Below, piece after piece: positions 33,192-41,988 of a stretch of DNA of 64,000 bases. The position numbers and the translations under genes were made by a program. The notes beneath the pieces were generated by a model, which was given only the letters and a program-made list of their open reading frames with translations, did no database searches and was not told the origin of the DNA. Location of the stretch: contig CAWJSJ010000001.1 in assembly GCA_963845565.1 (NCBI GenBank), forward strand, positions 640,001 to 704,000, written 5' to 3'. The number at the start of each line of letters is the position of its first letter. Positions within the stretch are counted from its first letter, which is position 1. The DNA comes from an uncultured Methylomirabilota bacterium. Lineage in GTDB: Bacteria > Methylomirabilota > Methylomirabilia > Methylomirabilales > 2-02-FULL-66-22.

Positions 33192-34022
33192 ATGGAACTC
33201 GGTCTGAACGGGGCGACGACACTCAAGGCGGATCTGGCGACGGATATCGCCGTGGCCGGGAAAGCCGGGTTCGACTTCGTCGAGATCTGGGCGGCGAAGT
33301 TAATCACCTACCTGGATTGCGGTGGGCTGCCGGCGCTGAGACGCGACCTGCGGCGCGCGGGGGTGCGGGCGGCCACGCTGAACTCCGTCGAACGGATCAC
33401 GTTCAACGATCCGTCCGGGCACATCCGGATGCTGGAGGACTTCCAGCGCCTGTGCCGGGTGGCGGAGGCTATTGGGTGCGAGACGGTGCTGGTGGTGCCG
33501 AGTCCGCGGCCCAAAGGCGTCTCGGCGGCAGCGATCGAGCGGGAGTCGGTCCGGGTGCTGCGAATCTTATCCCGTATTGCTGCGCCGCATGGTGTCCGGT
33601 TGGCCTACGAGTTTCTCGGATTCGCAGACTGCACGGTCAACACGCTGGCGCAGTGCGCGGCGATCGTAGAGAAAGTGGCGCGGCCGAACGTGGGGCTGGT
33701 GCTGGACACGTTTCACTTCTTTGCCGGCGGGTCGACGCTTGCCTCCATCCGAGAAGTGGACCCACGGCGGATCTTCATCGTGCACATCAACGATGTGGAG
33801 CGCGCGCCGCGGCGAAAGATGCACGACGCGCTCCGTCTGTACCCCGGCAAAGGGATCCTGCCGCTCCAGGGTGTGCTGCGCGGACTGAAAGCGATCGGGT
33901 ATGCGGGCCCGGTCTCTGTCGAGATCTTCCGGCCCCAGTACTGGTCCCGGACCCCGCTCCGCGTCGCACGCGAAGCGCGCGCCGCCAGTGTGGCGGTGCT
34001 GCGGGACGCCGGACTGGTGTAA
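33192..34022 (+). CDS. Sugar phosphate isomerase/epimerase, TIM barrel (IolI-like)
   Basis: LNGATT, EFLGF, LDTFHF, VHIND, RLYPGKG, SVEIFRP. Confidence 0.82.
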   Translation: MELGLNGATTLKADLATDIAVAGKAGFDFVEIWAAKLITYLDCGGLPALRRDLRRAGVRAATLNSVERITFNDPSGHIRMLEDFQRLCRVAEAIGCETVLVVPSPRPKGVSAAAIERESVRVLRILSRIAAPHGVRLAYEFLGFADCTVNTLAQCAAIVEKVARPNVGLVLDTFHFFAGGSTLASIREVDPRRIFIVHINDVERAPRRKMHDALRLYPGKGILPLQGVLRGLKAIGYAGPVSVEIFRPQYWSRTPLRVAREARAASVAVLRDAGLV

Positions 34023-34224
34023 CCTGGCTGGCAGCTTGGGGCCGGTACGGCATCCTCCACGGCGCTGCGTTTCGCAGCATTCCCGAGTCACGCCAACCGC
34101 GATGCCCAAGGTTCGGATGTCGGGTCCACGGTTTGTGTCCATCGAGCTCGAACGCCTTGATCAAGATACCGGCCACGCGACCTGTGGCGGTCAACGCTTG
34201 CGAGAGGAAGGAGAAGGAGGACGC

Positions 34225-34683
34225 ATGCGAATGCTCGGACTGCTGCTCGTCGCGGGGCTGATTTCGTCCTGCGCCAGTTCTCCTGCGGATCCGAGTCTTG
34301 ACGCGGCAGCGAAGTTGTTCCGTGCGCCCACAGACAAGGCCTGCATCTACGTCGTTCCATCCTCCAGCGACGAGGCGGTCACGGTCACCCTGGATGGCCG
34401 GAAGATGGCTACGCTCGGGGAGCGGGACTTCCTGTGTTTGGATATTGCGCCGGGTCGGCACGTCCTGTACGTCACCCCGACCAGCCTCGTGCCGGAGTTC
34501 TTCCGAGCGACCGGCGACGACGTGACACTGGAAGCGGAGGCGGGGCGGTGTTATTTTCTCCGCACGGTCTGGACGGAATTTGGGCGGAGTTGGCGACGTC
34601 CCCGTGTCTACCTGGAGAGAACGACCGAGGAAGAAGGCCGGCGGGCGGTCAATGTGCGCTCGCTCGTGGTGCCCGCGCGCTAA
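34225..34683 (+). CDS. Lipoprotein, DUF2846-like
   Basis: ggagg RBS, lipobox LISS-C, AKLFRAPTDKACIYV, PGRHVL, EAGRCYF. Confidence 0.7.
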   Translation: MRMLGLLLVAGLISSCASSPADPSLDAAAKLFRAPTDKACIYVVPSSSDEAVTVTLDGRKMATLGERDFLCLDIAPGRHVLYVTPTSLVPEFFRATGDDVTLEAEAGRCYFLRTVWTEFGRSWRRPRVYLERTTEEEGRRAVNVRSLVVPAR

Positions 34684-34772
34684 CCGCGACCCGAGAACCC
34701 GCCTTTTCCCACCATTGGCGTAGTCCCATGGAAGGTTGGCTAGAACGAAGCCCGAGAGGAGGCACGTACCCT

Positions 34773-34991
34773 GTGAAAGAGGACCCCATTTATAAGGAAC
34801 ATCGGATCCACACCACGCCGCTGCTCAGCGGCCGCTGGATTAGCGCAATCGTGAATATCGGGAAAAAGAAGGTGGTGACCAAGGACTCCCTGACAGACAC
34901 GGTGACCCGCGTACCGGGTGAGTATGACTCTGAGGAGCAAGCCCTCCAGGCGGCCAGAGAATACATCAGTACCGGAGCGGACCAATCCTGA
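34773..34991 (+). CDS. Small hypothetical protein (72 aa)
   Basis: ggagg upstream of GTG. Protein-like composition (YKEHRIH...EEQALQAAREYI). Confidence 0.55.
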   Translation: MKEDPIYKEHRIHTTPLLSGRWISAIVNIGKKKVVTKDSLTDTVTRVPGEYDSEEQALQAAREYISTGADQS

Positions 34992-34996
34992 TAGGC

Positions 34997-35101
34997 TTAG
35001 GAGCCGTTACGAAATAACCTATACATCTCTTTCTATTTCGTTACGGCTCCTTATGCCGTTTCGGAATGTCTCCGCTCAACTTATTCTTTGACAACGGCTT
35101 A
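34997..35101 (+). repeat. ~105 bp palindromic element, copy A
   Basis: tta-ggagccgttacgaaata...tatttcgttacggctcc-tta-tgccgtt...gacaacggc-tta. Near-identical reverse-complement copy at 37220-37323. Confidence 0.92.
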
Positions 35102-35256
35102 TCGAGACGTGGCGCATATCCTCGCGAGGTCTCCCTGTCGTTCACGTGTCTTTGATGACGCGGCGGGGACCGTCCGAGGTGTTGCGCTGTCCCTACGGGT
35201 CCTGCCTGGGCGGGTTGGTGTATCTCCGAACGTGAACCGGTGCGCCGGCCGCGGGC

Positions 35257-35285
35257 TTGACCCTCGGTCGGTCGTCCGGTAGCAT
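35257..35285 (+). promoter_or_regulatory. Sigma70-type promoter upstream of rhodanese
   Basis: ttgacc-17 nt-tagcat. Confidence 0.55.
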
Positions 35286-35355
35286 CCCGGTGTGGCGGCC
35301 AGGCTGCGATGGCAGGTTCCCTGTCCCAAGGCGGGTGACGCCGAAGGAGGAGGCG

Positions 35356-35691
35356 ATGTCGGTCGAGTCGACGGGGGAGCCCTTCGAGCGGGTCGATGCC
35401 GCGCGGGGCAAGGCGTTACTGGATGCGGGCGCGCTGAAACTGGTTGATGTCCGGGAACCGGCGGAATGGAATCGCGGGCGGATCGCGGGTGCGGTCCTGG
35501 TGCCCCTCAACAACCTGCTGGTGGCGCCCCGGGAGTATCTGACCGAAGATGGGGTCCTGTTCTATTGTGCGCAAGGCATCCGGAGTGCGGTGGCCTGCGA
35601 GGTGGCCGCAGCGGTCGGGTTGAACCGGATCTACAACCTGGAAGGCGGCATCCAGGATTGGGAGGTGCAAGGGTTTCCGATCGAACGGTGA
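35356..35691 (+). CDS. Rhodanese-like domain protein
   Basis: ggaggagg RBS, LVDVREPAEW, YCAQGIRS, NLEGGIQDW. Confidence 0.9.
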   Translation: MSVESTGEPFERVDAARGKALLDAGALKLVDVREPAEWNRGRIAGAVLVPLNNLLVAPREYLTEDGVLFYCAQGIRSAVACEVAAAVGLNRIYNLEGGIQDWEVQGFPIER

Positions 35692-35707
35692 GCGGGAAAA
35701 GGGGAGC

Positions 35708-35974
35708 GTGGCGCAGGATCCCACGGGAAGGAGAGCGCCGATGCGGGTTCTGGGTCTGGCCGGGTTGGTCTTGGCATTAGCCATTGTCGGATACCTGATC
35801 GTGGGGTACCTGGGCGAGGCCGGGAAGGCGCGGGACGCGTTGCAGGCCCTGCCCGGGGCGTCGCCGGGAAGTCCCGCGGATGTTACCCGGCGGGGCCTCG
35901 AACAGCGCCTCGCCCCGGTCCTCGACCAGGAACGGCAACGCATCGAGGCGACGAGCAAGGCGGCCGGTCAGTAG
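35708..35974 (+). CDS. Small single-TM hypothetical protein
   Basis: ggag RBS, hydrophobic N-terminal helix, fills the gap between rhodanese and RNase Z. Confidence 0.6.
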   Translation: MAQDPTGRRAPMRVLGLAGLVLALAIVGYLIVGYLGEAGKARDALQALPGASPGSPADVTRRGLEQRLAPVLDQERQRIEATSKAAGQ

Positions 35975-35993
35975 CGAAGTCGGACAGAGCAGC

Positions 35994-37091
35994 ATGGCCA
36001 GCAGTTTCCGGGCATTCCTGGTCAACGACCTCTTCGGGGATCCGGCGCTCTACGCGGGTCTCCCCTGGGAACGCCGCGCCCTCCTGTTCGACCTCGGTGA
36101 CATCAGCCGCTTGTCGGCCGGGTACCTCCTCAAAATCTCCGACGTGTTCGTCTCCCACGCTCATCTCGACCATTTCGTCGGGTTTGACCATCTCCTGCGC
36201 GTGCTCTTGGGCCGGAGCAAAGCGCTGCGCCTCTACGGACCGACGGGTTTCATCGATCACGTGGACGGGAAGTTACGTGGGTATGTCTGGAACCTCGTGG
36301 ATGGATACAGCCTGTCCATCGAGGTGCACGAGGTCGGTCGGGACCGGGTCCGGTGTGCGCGCTTCGTGTGTCCGAACGGATTCCGCCGAGAGGAGGTCGG
36401 CGACCGGGTCGCGGTCGACGGTTTCCTCCTCAGCGAACCGGAGTTTCGGGTCCGTTGCGCCCAACTGGATCACCGCATCCCGTGTCTGGGCTTTGCCCTG
36501 GAGGAGACGGTTCACCTGAACGTAGACAAGATCCGTCTGGAGGCGCTCGGTTTGCCCGTGGGGCCGTGGCTGATGGACCTGAAGCGAGCCGTTCGCGCGG
36601 GCCAGCCTGACGACTTTCCCATTCGTGTTGCGTGGTCGCGCGGCGGCCGCCGGGAAGAACGCTGCGTCGCCCTGGGCACGCTGCGCCGCGAGGTGATGCG
36701 GGAGAGTCCCGGACAGAAACTCGCGTATGTCACCGATGTGCTCGATTCGGCCGCGAACCATGATGCCATCGTGACGCTGGCCCGCGGTGCCGACCTCTTC
36801 TACTGTGAGGCCGGATACCCAGCCCGGGACGAAGACCGCGCTCGGGCCAGATACCATCTCACGACCGTCCAGGCGGGACGCCTGGCAGCGGAAGCGGGGG
36901 TCCGGCGGTTCTCCGTGTTTCACTTCTCTCCGAAATACCGAGATGGTCCGGGGGAACTCGTGGCAGAAGCCATGGGGGCGTTTGCGGGAGGGGCGCCGCA
37001 CTCTCGGCATGGCATGGAGGTCCTCGACACTGGCAACTCCATGAAAACGCGGGATCCAATCCACGTTGACACTGTTTCGGAGTTCTGTTAG
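35994..37091 (+). CDS. Ribonuclease Z-like metallo-beta-lactamase fold hydrolase
   Basis: LVNDLFGDP, LLFDLGD, SHAHLDH, LDHRIPCLGF, YVTD, HLT, HFSPKY. Confidence 0.85.
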   Translation: MASSFRAFLVNDLFGDPALYAGLPWERRALLFDLGDISRLSAGYLLKISDVFVSHAHLDHFVGFDHLLRVLLGRSKALRLYGPTGFIDHVDGKLRGYVWNLVDGYSLSIEVHEVGRDRVRCARFVCPNGFRREEVGDRVAVDGFLLSEPEFRVRCAQLDHRIPCLGFALEETVHLNVDKIRLEALGLPVGPWLMDLKRAVRAGQPDDFPIRVAWSRGGRREERCVALGTLRREVMRESPGQKLAYVTDVLDSAANHDAIVTLARGADLFYCEAGYPARDEDRARARYHLTTVQAGRLAAEAGVRRFSVFHFSPKYRDGPGELVAEAMGAFAGGAPHSRHGMEVLDTGNSMKTRDPIHVDTVSEFC

Positions 37092-37094
37092 CTT
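37066..37094 (+). promoter_or_regulatory. Sigma70-type promoter, probably for nuoB-nuoI-moaA
   Basis: ttgaca-17 nt-tagctt with extended -10 TG. Confidence 0.55.
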
Positions 37095-37219
37095 GCGCGA
37101 TAAAGCCGGATCCGCTGTTCGGTCGAACGGGTTGCCGACGGCGGAGAATCCTCTTCCGTTGTACAACCGATCGTTGGTGGACTACAGTACGGGTGGTGGT
37201 TTCGCGTGGAGCCGGTGCG

Positions 37220-37323
37220 TAAGCCGTTGTCAAAGAATTAGTTGAGCGGAGACAGTCCGAAACGGCATAAGGAGCCGTAACGAAATAAAAAAGATGTATA
37301 GGTTATTTCGTAACGGCTCCTAA
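37220..37323 (-). repeat. ~105 bp palindromic element, copy B (inverted relative to copy A)
   Basis: Reverse complement matches 34997-35101 with about four differences by eye. Confidence 0.92.
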
Positions 37324-37339
37324 CGGGAAGGAGCCTCGG

Positions 37340-37876
37340 ATGGGCATGCTGGAAGGTCGGTTCGAGCCGGGCGCAGTCACCACGTCGCTGGACGTTGTGT
37401 TCAACTGGGCCCGCCGGAACTCTCCCTGGCCGGTGACGTTCGGGCTCGCGTGCTGCGCGATTGAGATGATGGCGACGGGGGCGGCCCGGTTCGATATGGA
37501 CCGGTTCGGTGCGGGCGTGTTCCGGCCCTCGCCGCGGCAATCGGACGTGATGATCGTGGCCGGCACGGTGACCGAGAAGATGGCCCCGCGGATCAAGACC
37601 CTGTACGAGCAGATGGCCGATCCGAAATGGGTGATTGCCATGGGCGCGTGCGCCATCTCCGGTGGCCCGTTCTATTGGGATGCGTATCACGTGGTGAAGG
37701 GGGTGGATCGGATCATTCCGGTGGACGTCTACGTCCCCGGATGCCCCCCGCGGCCGGAGGCATTGCTGTTCGGGGTATTGAAGCTGCAGGAAAAGATCGC
37801 CCAAGAGACGATCGCGAAACAGAAGCTGCCCGCCGTTACGGTGCCCGAGATCGTGCCGGCGAGCGTTGTGGCCTGA
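37340..37876 (+). CDS. nuoB: NADH-quinone oxidoreductase subunit B
   Basis: [37 protein letters not shown]. Confidence 0.95.
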   Translation: MGMLEGRFEPGAVTTSLDVVFNWARRNSPWPVTFGLACCAIEMMATGAARFDMDRFGAGVFRPSPRQSDVMIVAGTVTEKMAPRIKTLYEQMADPKWVIAMGACAISGGPFYWDAYHVVKGVDRIIPVDVYVPGCPPRPEALLFGVLKLQEKIAQETIAKQKLPAVTVPEIVPASVVA

Positions 37877-37906
37877 CGCTTCGGACGACAACGGGTTGAG
37901 GGAGCC

Positions 37907-38425
37907 ATGATTTCCTACCTCCATGACGTCTGGGCCGGGTTGTTGACCATCCTTGCCGCGATGCGGGTGACGCTCCGACACCTCTTCACGCCGGCGATCA
38001 CCGTGCAGTATCCGACGGTCCGGCGTACGCTTCCGTTGCGTTCGCTGAACCGGCACGTCCTGACCGTCGATCTCGGAAACGGGAAGCTGAAATGTACTGC
38101 CTGCGATGCCTGTGCGAAGGTGTGCCCGACGCGGTGCATCACAATCGTCGGCGCGGGCAAAGGGAAGGAGCGGCATCCGGTCGAGTTCGTCATCGACCAT
38201 AACCTGTGCATGTACTGCAACCTGTGCGTCGAGGCATGCCCGTTCGATGCCATCACGATGTGGACCGGCAATTTCGAGATCGGGGCGTTCAACCGTATGG
38301 GCTTGGTGTTCGACCAGAGGGCGCTTCATGCCGATCGCTTCTTCCCCACCCCGGATACCCCGGCGCTGATCGAGGCGCCGGCCGTTGCCGCGGAACCGGT
38401 CGCCGCGGCGCCGGCTGCCAAGTAA
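37907..38425 (+). CDS. nuoI: NADH-quinone oxidoreductase subunit I (2x[4Fe-4S])
   Basis: TVQYP, CTACDACAKVCP, CMYCNLCVEACPFDAI. Confidence 0.88.
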   Translation: MISYLHDVWAGLLTILAAMRVTLRHLFTPAITVQYPTVRRTLPLRSLNRHVLTVDLGNGKLKCTACDACAKVCPTRCITIVGAGKGKERHPVEFVIDHNLCMYCNLCVEACPFDAITMWTGNFEIGAFNRMGLVFDQRALHADRFFPTPDTPALIEAPAVAAEPVAAAPAAK

Positions 38426-38501
38426 GGGGCGGGGCTGGGCTTCCGCCGCAGGGCGAGATTACGACGCTGTCGCGGCGCCGATGCCGCGTGAGGTCTAGGG
38501 C

Positions 38502-39494
38502 GTGTCGAAGCTCAAGGATACCTTCGGGCGAACCATCGACGATTTGCGCATCTCCCTGACAGACCGCTGCAACTTCCGCTGCGTGTATTGCATGCCGCCG
38601 GAAGGGCTGCCCTGGCTTCCCAAGCGCGAAATCCTGACCTACGAAGAGATCCTGCGCCTTGCGCGAGTCTTCATCGGCCTGGGGGTGCGGACGGTCCGCT
38701 TGACCGGGGGAGAACCCCTGATGCGGCAGGACATCGATGTCTTGATCGAAGGCCTCACGCGCCTCGATCCGGACCTTGATCTGTCCATGACGACCAATGG
38801 GTTCTTCCTCGCGGAAAAGGTCGAGCGGCTGGCGGCGGCCGGGCTCAAACGGATCAATGTCAGCCTGGATTCGCTCACCCCCGAGCGGTTCGAGCGCATG
38901 GTGCGGCGTGACGGCCAGCTCGTGTTCAAAATCCTGGACGGCATGCGCCGGGCGCGTCAGATCGGCTTGTCTCCCATCAAGGTCAACTGCGTCGTCATGC
39001 GGGGCTACAACGACGACGAGTTGACGGAGTTCGTCCGCTTGGGGCGAGAGGAAGGCTTCCAAGTCCGTTTCATCGAGTACATGCCCCTCGACGCGCAGGG
39101 GGAGTGGAGCATGCAGACGGTCGTGCCCGGCGCGGAGATCCTGGACCGGATCCACGCCGTGTTTCCCCTGATCCGGGAGCGCCGAAACGCCTCCGAACCC
39201 GCCACGGTGTACCAGTTTGCGGACGGCCGCGGTTCGATCGGCGTGATCGCGTCCGTCACCGAGCCCTTTTGCGATCACTGCAACCGCGTCCGGATCACGG
39301 CGGATGGGCATCTCCGGACGTGCCTCTTCTCTCTCTCCGAGCACAACCTCAAAGGCCTCCTCCGGTCCGGTGCGACCGACGAGGAGCTGGGCGACTTCAT
39401 CGTTGCCGCGGTGTGGAAGAAAGAAGCCGGGCACAAGATCAACCAGCCGGACTTCATCAAGCCGGACCGATCGATGTCCGTCATCGGCGGCTAA
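38502..39494 (+). CDS. moaA: GTP 3',8-cyclase (radical SAM)
   Basis: LRISLTDRCNFRCVYCMP, LTGGEP, FCDHCNRVR..CLF, C-terminal MSVIGG. Confidence 0.96.
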   Translation: MSKLKDTFGRTIDDLRISLTDRCNFRCVYCMPPEGLPWLPKREILTYEEILRLARVFIGLGVRTVRLTGGEPLMRQDIDVLIEGLTRLDPDLDLSMTTNGFFLAEKVERLAAAGLKRINVSLDSLTPERFERMVRRDGQLVFKILDGMRRARQIGLSPIKVNCVVMRGYNDDELTEFVRLGREEGFQVRFIEYMPLDAQGEWSMQTVVPGAEILDRIHAVFPLIRERRNASEPATVYQFADGRGSIGVIASVTEPFCDHCNRVRITADGHLRTCLFSLSEHNLKGLLRSGATDEELGDFIVAAVWKKEAGHKINQPDFIKPDRSMSVIGG

Positions 39495-39549
39495 TCTGCA
39501 CGCCAGGCCGGAACGCCGCCTTTCCCGCAACAGTCGGAGCGCAGGGGTC

Positions 39550-40521
39550 ATGCACGAGTCGGGCATTCCGCACGACGAGCTTCTCCCTATTTACTATTAC
39601 CTCCGACTGACCCGCGCCCTCGAAGAGCGGCTCGGCATCCTGTATCGGCAGGGAAAGATCTTGGGCGGGGTGTACCTCTCCACCGGGCAGGAAGCGGTGT
39701 CCGTGGGGGCGGCCGTGACCCTGGATGCCGGCGATGTGATCGTGCCGTCGCACCGCGATTTGGGAGCGCACCTGGTGCGGGGAATCGAGCCGAAGGAGGT
39801 TCTGGCGCAGTATCTGGGTCGCCTCGACGGGCTCAGCCGCGGGAGAGACGGCAACGTGCATTTCGGCGATATCGGGCGCGGCGACATCGCCTTCCTGAGC
39901 CCCATGGCCGACGGCATTCCCGTGGCGGCGGGCGTGGCCTTGGGTTTGAGGCGGCAAGGGAAGGGCCGGGTGGCCATGACCTGGTTCGGCGAGGGCGCCG
40001 CCAGCCGTGGCGATTTTCACGAAGGGGTTAACTTGGCGGCGGTCCTTCGGGTTCCCGTGGTGTTCGTTTGCAACAACAACCAGTTCGCCTATTCCACGCC
40101 GCTTGGTCGCCAGACGCTGGTCCCCGATATCGCCCTGCGGGCCGCCGGTTACGGTATTCCGGGGGTGACGGTGGACGGGAACGACGTGCCGGCGGTGTAC
40201 CGGGCGGCCCGGGAGGCGGTGGAGCGTGCCCGTCGGGGAGAGGGGCCGACGCTGATCGAATGCAAGACGATGCGAATCCGGGGTCACTCCGAGCACGACG
40301 ACGCGTCCTATGTTCCCAAGGAGTTGCTGGAGGCGTGGCGCGACAAGGATCCAGTTCGGCTGTACGAGGCCCGGCTGCAGGGGTGGGGCGTGCTGGACGA
40401 GTTGGGAATAGCGGAGGTGACGCGCCGGATCGCGGACGAACTGGAAGCGGCCCTGGCGTGGGCGGAAGCAAGCCCTTTTCCGGACCCAAAAGACGTCGAG
40501 CAGGGCGTCTACTCTCCGTAA
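39550..40521 (+). CDS. 2-oxoacid dehydrogenase E1 alpha subunit
   Basis: GQEA, TPP motif GEGAASRGDFHEG..NNQFAYST, VDGND, RGHSEHD. Confidence 0.92.
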   Translation: MHESGIPHDELLPIYYYLRLTRALEERLGILYRQGKILGGVYLSTGQEAVSVGAAVTLDAGDVIVPSHRDLGAHLVRGIEPKEVLAQYLGRLDGLSRGRDGNVHFGDIGRGDIAFLSPMADGIPVAAGVALGLRRQGKGRVAMTWFGEGAASRGDFHEGVNLAAVLRVPVVFVCNNNQFAYSTPLGRQTLVPDIALRAAGYGIPGVTVDGNDVPAVYRAAREAVERARRGEGPTLIECKTMRIRGHSEHDDASYVPKELLEAWRDKDPVRLYEARLQGWGVLDELGIAEVTRRIADELEAALAWAEASPFPDPKDVEQGVYSP

Positions 40522-40610
40522 GTCCGGCCGCGCGGCAGGGACGCCCTCGATCGGCTGCCGCCGGTCTTTGGATGTGAGACGACGCGGTCGTTCCTCTGGC
40601 AACGATAACA

Positions 40611-41585
40611 ATGGCGGATTTCACCTACATCGAAGCGATTCGACAGGCGCTCTGGGAGGAGATGGAGCGGGATGATCGGGTCTTTCTCATCGGGGAGGAC
40701 ATCGGTCACTACGGCGGCGCCTTCAAGATCACCCTGGGGTTCCTGGAGAAGTTCGGCGCCGACCGGGTCATCGACACCCCCATTGCCGAATCGGCGATCG
40801 TGGGGGCGGCGGCCGGGGCGGCACTGATGGGACAGCGTCCCGTCGTCGAGATGCAGTTTGCCGACTTCATCGCGTGCGCATTCGACCAGATCGTCAACAT
40901 GGTGGCGAAATTCCGGTACCGCACCGGGACGAACATTCCGCTGGTGATCCGAGCGCCCTATGGCGGCCGCGTACACGGTGGACCGTTCCATTCGCAGTCC
41001 CCGGAAGGGTGGTTCGTGCACGTGCCCGGTCTGAAGGTGGTGGCACCGTCCACTCCTAGCGACGCCAAGGGATTGCTCAAGGCGGCGATCCGCGATCCGG
41101 ACCCGGTCATCTACTTCGAGCACAAGTATCTCTACCGTCGGATCAAGGGCACGGTTCCTGATGCGGATTCCCTCGTGCCGATCGGCAAAGCTGAGATCAA
41201 GCGCGAAGGGGCCGATCTCAGCCTCATCACGTACGGGGCCATGGTCCACCAGGCATTCGAGGCGGCGACCCGTCTGAGCCGCAAGGGGGTCTCGGCGGAG
41301 ATCCTGGATCTTCGGACGCTCCTGCCGCTGGACCGGGAGGCGATCGTGGCCACGGCCCGGAAGACGGGCAAGGTGCTGATCGTGCACGAAGCGACGCGTA
41401 CCGGCGGGGTGGGGGGCGAGGTGGCGGCTGTCGTCGCCGAGGGGGCCTTCGATCGGCTGGATGGGCCGATCCACCGCGTCACCGCGCCGGACACCCCCGT
41501 GCCCTTCACAGCCCCGTTGGAGGATGCCTTCCTTCCCAATGCCGACCGTATCGTTGCAGCCGCCGAGCGGTTGGCTGCGTACTAG
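40611..41585 (+). CDS. 2-oxoacid dehydrogenase E1 beta subunit
   Basis: GEDIG.YGG.F, DTPIAE, EMQFADF, HSQSPE, EHKYLY. Confidence 0.93.
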   Translation: MADFTYIEAIRQALWEEMERDDRVFLIGEDIGHYGGAFKITLGFLEKFGADRVIDTPIAESAIVGAAAGAALMGQRPVVEMQFADFIACAFDQIVNMVAKFRYRTGTNIPLVIRAPYGGRVHGGPFHSQSPEGWFVHVPGLKVVAPSTPSDAKGLLKAAIRDPDPVIYFEHKYLYRRIKGTVPDADSLVPIGKAEIKREGADLSLITYGAMVHQAFEAATRLSRKGVSAEILDLRTLLPLDREAIVATARKTGKVLIVHEATRTGGVGGEVAAVVAEGAFDRLDGPIHRVTAPDTPVPFTAPLEDAFLPNADRIVAAAERLAAY

Positions 41586-41799
41586 TGTCCTGTCCCCGAA
41601 GTTCGTTGACAATTTGCCGGGCCTCAGTTCCATCCCTCCGACGCCTGGCACCTCGTCGAGAACCGCGCGGCCTTGGTCCGGGTCGGCCACCACAGAACGG
41701 TGACCTCCGTGCCGGACCCGGCCGCGCCGCGGGTGCAGCGTCTTCGGGATGGAACTGAGGCCCTCACTTATGCGGCGAATCTTTGGGACAGGACACTAG
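41582..41799. mobile_element. Non-autonomous MITE-like element with IS630-like ends
   Basis: Terminal inverted repeats ctagtgtcctgtccccgaagttcg / cgaatctttgggacaggacactag, CTAG at both ends, no transposase inside. Confidence 0.75.
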
Positions 41800-41942
41800 C
41801 AGGCTGCTGAAAGAGGCCCATTTGCGGCGTTGGTTCCCCTCGGCACTCGCTGCGACGTACCTCCAGTACGCCTGGACGTAGCGGACTCGGTACCCCGGCC
41901 TCCGGTGAACCGCCTTGCATCTGGGCCTTTTTGAGCAGCCTG
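41800..41942 (+). repeat. Dispersed palindromic repeat (MITE/REP-like), copy 1 of 3
   Basis: Ends caggctgctgaaagaggccca / tgggcctttttgagcagcctg. Internal cgtac...gtacgcct and cgccttgcat are shared with the other copies. Confidence 0.85.
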
Positions 41943-41988
41943 AGAGAGAACGATTATCTCGGTGACTTGCTGAATGAGGATTACGTGA

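Noticed and set aside
37100..37219. Moco riboswitch upstream of nuoB-nuoI-moaA
   Set aside because: Only a generic hairpin; no recognisable Moco motif.
34997..37323. Repeats as CRISPR array or dif/lox sites
   Set aside because: Only two copies, inverted and 2.1 kb apart, with no spacers or cas genes. No 11-6-11 Xer arm match.
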